From Camelus dromedarius (taxonomy: Eukaryota): DNA of 64,000 nucleotides. The notes below the pieces were generated by a model, which had not been told where the DNA came from, did no database searches, and was given only the letters and a program-made list of their open reading frames with translations. Made by a program: the position numbers and the translations under genes. The stretch's first letter is position 1. Every line of letters begins with the position of its first letter. The stretch covers positions 101,930,001 to 101,994,000 of the forward strand of contig NC_087472.1 in NCBI RefSeq assembly GCF_036321535.1, given 5' to 3'. Shown here one piece after another: positions 63,656 to 64,000 of this stretch.

Positions 63656-63686
63656 CTGCCACCTAGTGGAGCAAATGGAACTGCAG
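63656..63686 (-). promoter_or_regulatory. Predicted CTCF binding site with upstream (ZF9-11) motif
   Basis: Minus strand reads cTGCAGTTCCatttgctCCACTAGGTGGCAG: a core CCASYAGRKGGCRS match plus a TGCAG upstream module at about the expected spacing. Confidence 0.7.
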
Positions 63687-64000
63687 GCTAACGGCTAAAA
63701 AGAAGGAATCGATAATTTAGCAACCACCATGTTCCTATTGAACGTTTATTATATAGAGACTACACATGGGAGCTCATTTAATCCTCATAACAATCCTATG
63801 ATGAAAATGTGATCCTAATTTCACAGGCTTAAGAAAATTAAGCAATTTGGCGATAGCAACAGAGGGAAAAGACAAAAACCAAAAAATGAGCTCATTAATG
63901 AATGGGTTACAGCTCTGGGCAACCGAGGCTCAACTCTGCTGGGGATCCTTCGATAAAGCACGTGGAACACACCTCAGAATCATCCCACTAGAGGATGGAC

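Overview
This is mammalian non-coding genomic DNA, most likely from a camelid: it carries three tRNA-Ala-derived SINEs of the Vic-1 type and cetartiodactyl-style LINE-1 3' ends. I find no supportable protein-coding gene, RNA gene or CRISPR array. The ORFs with recognisable homology are decayed LINE-1 ORF2 fragments; the rest are repeat translations or chance ORFs. The window is a dense, often nested mosaic of LINE-1s, L2/MIR/CR1 relics, ERVL/MaLR solo LTRs (LTR33, LTR16, MLT1, MLT2), DNA-transposon MITEs and microsatellites. Repeat family names come from my recall of consensus sequences, not from a search, and most boundaries are approximate. I do not see a convincing new biological system. 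The best leads are structural oddities: an MLT1 LTR piece that looks retroposed by L1 machinery, a tail-less L1 fragment splitting a MIR, about 230 bp of intron-like DNA inside a MER5A1, a 30-bp micro-inversion in an L1, a fold-back of two MLT1 ends, an extended CTCF site, a candidate STAT/ETS/NF-kB/C-EBP enhancer, and a plus-strand retroelement bias that hints at an intron of a minus-strand gene.
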